Origin: a bacterium
GTDB taxonomy: Bacteria; J088; JAWLBW01
Assembly: GCA_041690355.1 (NCBI GenBank)
Contig: JAWLHK010000005.1
Span: 1 to 64,000 of the forward strand
Direction: 5' to 3'
Length of the DNA: 64,000 nucleotides
Below, one piece after another: positions 61,701-64,000 of this stretch (within the stretch, counting starts at the first letter, position 1; each line of letters opens with the position of its first letter). The notes below the pieces were generated by a model, which saw only the letters and a list, made by a program, of their open reading frames with translations, was not told where the DNA came from and ran no database searches. The translations under genes and the position numbers were made by a program.

Positions 61701-61886
61701 ATTTTCGGGCTGCTCCCGATTCTGTGGGGCACGGGGACCGGTTCGGAGGTCATGAAGCGCATCGCGGCGCCGATGGTCGGCGGCGTGGTCACGTCGGCCG
61801 CCCTCGAGCTGCTCGTGTATCCGGCGATCTATCTGCTGTGGAAGCGGGGGCAGGTGCGCGGCCGGGCGGCCGTGCTTAATTCCTGA
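58746..61886 (+). CDS. cusA: CusA-family Cu/Ag heavy-metal efflux RND transporter
   Basis: DAIPDLSDTQVI, LGPDATGVGWVYEY, GAMVDAAI, EFMPPLNEG..LYMP, TDPAPISMFET, RIRPKAMT. Confidence 0.96.
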   Translation: MIERIIAFSARNRFLTFALTVFLAVAGWTALQRTPLDAIPDLSDTQVILFTEWMGRSPDLVEDQITYPLVAQMLAAPGVQTVRGQSMFGMSFVSIIFDDDVDLYWARSRVLEYLSGIGPKLPPGVTPVLGPDATGVGWVYEYALRSVDGNTSLADLRSLQDWTLRFALESVPGVAQVASLGGHVKEYQIDVDPDRLRAYGVSLAQVGRAVAASNQDVGGRALEIADTEYVVRGRGYVTSVEDLELTPVGMRKPGVPVLLRDVARVQLGSALRRGAAELNGEGETAGGIVIMRAGENARDVIRRVQARLEEVKRSLPPGVEIVPAYNRAELIDRATDNLKTKLIEEMIVVSLIVALFLFHFRSALVVILTLPLAVLLSFIPMQQLGITANIMSLGGIAIAIGAMVDAAIILVENAHKRLEEWEEAGRPGSRNEVLIEAFQEVGRPLFFSLLVITVSFLPVFALEGQEGRLFSPLAYTKTFSMGFATLLAITFTPALALTLIRGRIRKEEDHPVSRLFTRIYEPAVRFVLERPRAVIAGAALLVLGTVPVFLSLESEFMPPLNEGSILYMPTAVPGMSLDEAVNVMQRQDAILKSFPEVETVFGKAGRAETPTDPAPISMFETVVTLKPEDQWRDGMTFDKLLAEMNREMRFAGMSNTFWMPIQTRTEMLATGVRSALALKVYGADVKDVEAAGIEVERILSEVPGTRSVFAERIGGGRYLDFDIDRRAAARYGVSVEEIGMAIETAIGGTTVSRTVEGRERYPISIRYARDFRSTPEALERTLVMTESGAQIPLAYVARLHFRDGPPMIGSENARLTSLVTLDVEPGIAISEYVERADAALREQLRLPAGVTLRWAGQHEHWARAKERLKLAVPATLFLIFLLLYLNSRSLTETWIVLLAVPFSLVGAFWLLWLLDYNLSIAVWVGLIALAGLDAETGIVMLVYLDQSFRRARDRGTLTSEAALREVIVHGAAKRIRPKAMTVLTVIFGLLPILWGTGTGSEVMKRIAAPMVGGVVTSAALELLVYPAIYLLWKRGQVRGRAAVLNS

Positions 61887-61930
61887 TTCCTGATTCCGGA
61901 TTCCTGAGCCGGCAAGGGCATGGACGCGGT

Positions 61931-62671
61931 TCAGGGTTCGATGAAGCGGGGGTCGTCCACATCGGAAGGTACGCTCATGCACCGGTTCCAGTCCGGATCC
62001 CCTTCTCTGTACGCGGGTTCCGGCAGGTCCCAGATGGCCACGTCAAACGCCTCGACCCGCGTCGACACAGAGGCCGAGTCACCGTATTCGTTCCAGGTCC
62101 AGAGATGCCATACGCCTGCAAACGCCTCGTTCCACCGTTCGATGGCCGAAATGAAATCGAGCTGTCCGTTTTCGCCGACATAGGGATTGGGGAAGTAGAT
62201 GCGCAGGCCGATGCGGTTGCCCGGAATCTCGAGTTCCCGTGGCCCGGCCAGCCGGAATCCGGCCTCGAGACCCGACCGGTCGTCCCAGAGCAGGCAGAAC
62301 TCGCGCGGACCGATCTGGATATGTCTGAAGTCGACGGGACCCGTAGGTAACGGGAGAATGACGTTCAGCAGGGTGTCGGTGCGCACGCTGACCGGCTGCC
62401 GCCAGTTTCGACCGAACTGCACGGAGTAGTCCCCCGGTGCGAGCGCGTCGATCCGGTACGAACCGTCTGCCCCCCAGGTCGTCGAGGTAACCGCGTCCTG
62501 GTGCGCGTCGAAGACCGTGACCCGTTCGGCGCGCAGGGCATCAGGCTCCAGCGTCTGCACGAGCCCATGCAGCGTGAAGGTCGCTTTTCGTCCGGTGTCG
62601 CCCGGGTTTCCGGCCGTCACGCCGCAACCGGCGACGAGTAGTGCAAGCCCGAGAAGAATGCGGCTCATCAC
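61931..62671 (-). CDS. Hypothetical lipoprotein with carboxypeptidase-regulatory-like domain
   Basis: Lipobox VAGC followed by TAGNP; DGSYRI..L.PGDY.V. Confidence 0.7.
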   Translation of the reverse strand: MMSRILLGLALLVAGCGVTAGNPGDTGRKATFTLHGLVQTLEPDALRAERVTVFDAHQDAVTSTTWGADGSYRIDALAPGDYSVQFGRNWRQPVSVRTDTLLNVILPLPTGPVDFRHIQIGPREFCLLWDDRSGLEAGFRLAGPRELEIPGNRIGLRIYFPNPYVGENGQLDFISAIERWNEAFAGVWHLWTWNEYGDSASVSTRVEAFDVAIWDLPEPAYREGDPDWNRCMSVPSDVDDPRFIEP

Positions 62672-63549
62672 TTGCGTTTCCTTTCGGTTCTGGGACGCAG
62701 CGCAGGCGCATCCTTGGGGCGCACGGTGGGAAACAGCTGCATGCCGACCTGGATGACCTGGTCGGGCTCGCGCTTGTCCGATTCGATGAGCTGCCAGACC
62801 TCGGCCTCGTACTTGAGCGCAAGCTCGACCAGCCTGGGGAGCAGCTCGTTGGAAACCGCCGTCGTGAGCACGTGAAAGTGCCGCTGCGCAGCCGGAACCT
62901 CATGCAGCGCATCGGCGGCTTTCTCGAGCGCCCGTTCATGGTAGGAAAAGAGATGGACGTTGCGTACATCGTCGCCGGAATGAACCTGCGGCTCGGCCTG
63001 TCGCCAGCTGCCGTCGCTCGCCACCGCGACCAATCCTGAACACTGCAGGGTCTCGAGCACGCCGCGGATCTCCGCGGGGGTCACGGGTTCGCCGATGCGT
63101 TCTGCAATCCAGCTTGGATCAGGCTTGAATTCGGGAAAGCGGATCATCTCGTACACCACCGGCGCCAGCCAGTGGCTGAAAAAGGAGAGCTGCGCCGCTT
63201 CCATCGGCCGCGTCTGCCGGCGGCCGGGGTGGCCCACGAGGCGTTGGTAGTAATGTACGCGGTCTGCCTGCGTTCCCGCCTGGTTGAGTAGGACCAGGTC
63301 TTCGAAACAGGCGGCTTCGTTCGCCGAGAGTTGAAGCCCCTCGCAGAATTTCCGGATGCTGTCGGGTGACAGGTTGCGCTTGCCCTGGATGACGAGCTGC
63401 AGAATATTGTGCGCCCGGAAACCCGCCCGCCGGGCGAACCCGCGTGCGGAAAATCGGCCCCGTTCCGCGCGCGCGGCGACCCAGTCGCGAAGGAACATGC
63501 GGTAGTCGTCATAGTCGTAGATGGAGGGGAGCTCAGGCTTCAAACTCAC
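62668..63549 (-). CDS. TIGR02147-family protein (N-terminal HTH plus DUF4423-like domain)
   Basis: IYDYDDYR.FL.D, FS.R.FA..AG, GKRNLS, F..LV..NQA, W.A.RI, QLFP. Confidence 0.85.
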   Translation of the reverse strand: MSLKPELPSIYDYDDYRMFLRDWVAARAERGRFSARGFARRAGFRAHNILQLVIQGKRNLSPDSIRKFCEGLQLSANEAACFEDLVLLNQAGTQADRVHYYQRLVGHPGRRQTRPMEAAQLSFFSHWLAPVVYEMIRFPEFKPDPSWIAERIGEPVTPAEIRGVLETLQCSGLVAVASDGSWRQAEPQVHSGDDVRNVHLFSYHERALEKAADALHEVPAAQRHFHVLTTAVSNELLPRLVELALKYEAEVWQLIESDKREPDQVIQVGMQLFPTVRPKDAPALRPRTERKRK

Positions 63550-64000
63550 CTCTTGAGGCTGCCCATTGGGTCTAGCGCGGCCTCGAATTCGCCGTCGATG
63601 TAGGGAATAATCGACGAGAGCTGGCTCGAGACCTTGTAGGTGGCGTCATCGCTCATGTCAGAGATATTCCCACCGAGATAGCCCGGCAACGCATAAGAGT
63701 ACTGACAGTTCGCCGTAACCGTGGCGTATTCGGGACCGCCGTGCTGGAGATTTCCGGTCGACGCGTTACATGCATCGGCAGGCAGCCTGCAGTTGTTGGG
63801 ATTGTCCGAGAGATTTCCGGTCAGGAGATCCATTGCGTACGGATCGCCGTTTGCCCCGAGCCGGTCGCGCCCGATACCCGAGCCGCCATTCGGATGCGAC
63901 TTGGTAGCCGGAAAGTCCGGCCCATTCGGCGCGCCGGGCCGTAAGGGGTCCCGCGAGAAATACTGCAGAAGCGCAGGCGAGCCCTGATTTCCATCGACCG
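63546..64000 (-). CDS. 3' part of a hypothetical, probably secreted protein (start outside window)
   Basis: Frame is open to the window edge (manual translation VDGNQGSPALLQYF...GSLKR); stop overlaps the TIGR02147 start. Confidence 0.65.
   Translation of the reverse strand, partial: VDGNQGSPALLQYFSRDPLRPGAPNGPDFPATKSHPNGGSGIGRDRLGANGDPYAMDLLTGNLSDNPNNCRLPADACNASTGNLQHGGPEYATVTANCQYSYALPGYLGGNISDMSDDATYKVSSQLSSIIPYIDGEFEAALDPMGSLKR

Overview
High-GC bacterial chromosomal window. Gene content (TIGR02147-like protein, many lipoproteins, sigma-54 control) suggests a deltaproteobacterial/Myxococcota-like organism, which is an inference. It holds about 55 CDS. Housekeeping genes include metK, lepA-lepB, mtgA, KtrAB, malic enzyme, FNR and two RlmI/K-like methyltransferases. 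Other modules are a sigma-54-driven persulfide dioxygenase-rhodanese/TauE unit, two type II toxin-antitoxin pairs, an orphan Tad minor-pilin trio, a CusCBA-type copper efflux operon with a small upstream secreted His/Cys ORF, and many lipid/sterol/isoprenoid-handling genes. I recognised no rRNA, tRNA, CRISPR array, transposase or integrase. Most notable observations: (i) two paralogous ~55-63 kDa lipoproteins of a family I cannot name, one coupled to lipoprotein esterases and the other to a FadL channel, a candidate lipid-acquisition system; (ii) a ~270-bp structured element in three copies with an identical 30-nt core and a compensatory base change; (iii) a dense modular family of heptamer arrays and short palindromes, some incorporated into protein termini; (iv) a ClpX-like ATPase lacking the ZBD, pore-1 and IGF loops; (v) a candidate copper-responsive arrest peptide. 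All family assignments come from motif recognition by eye, not from database searches.
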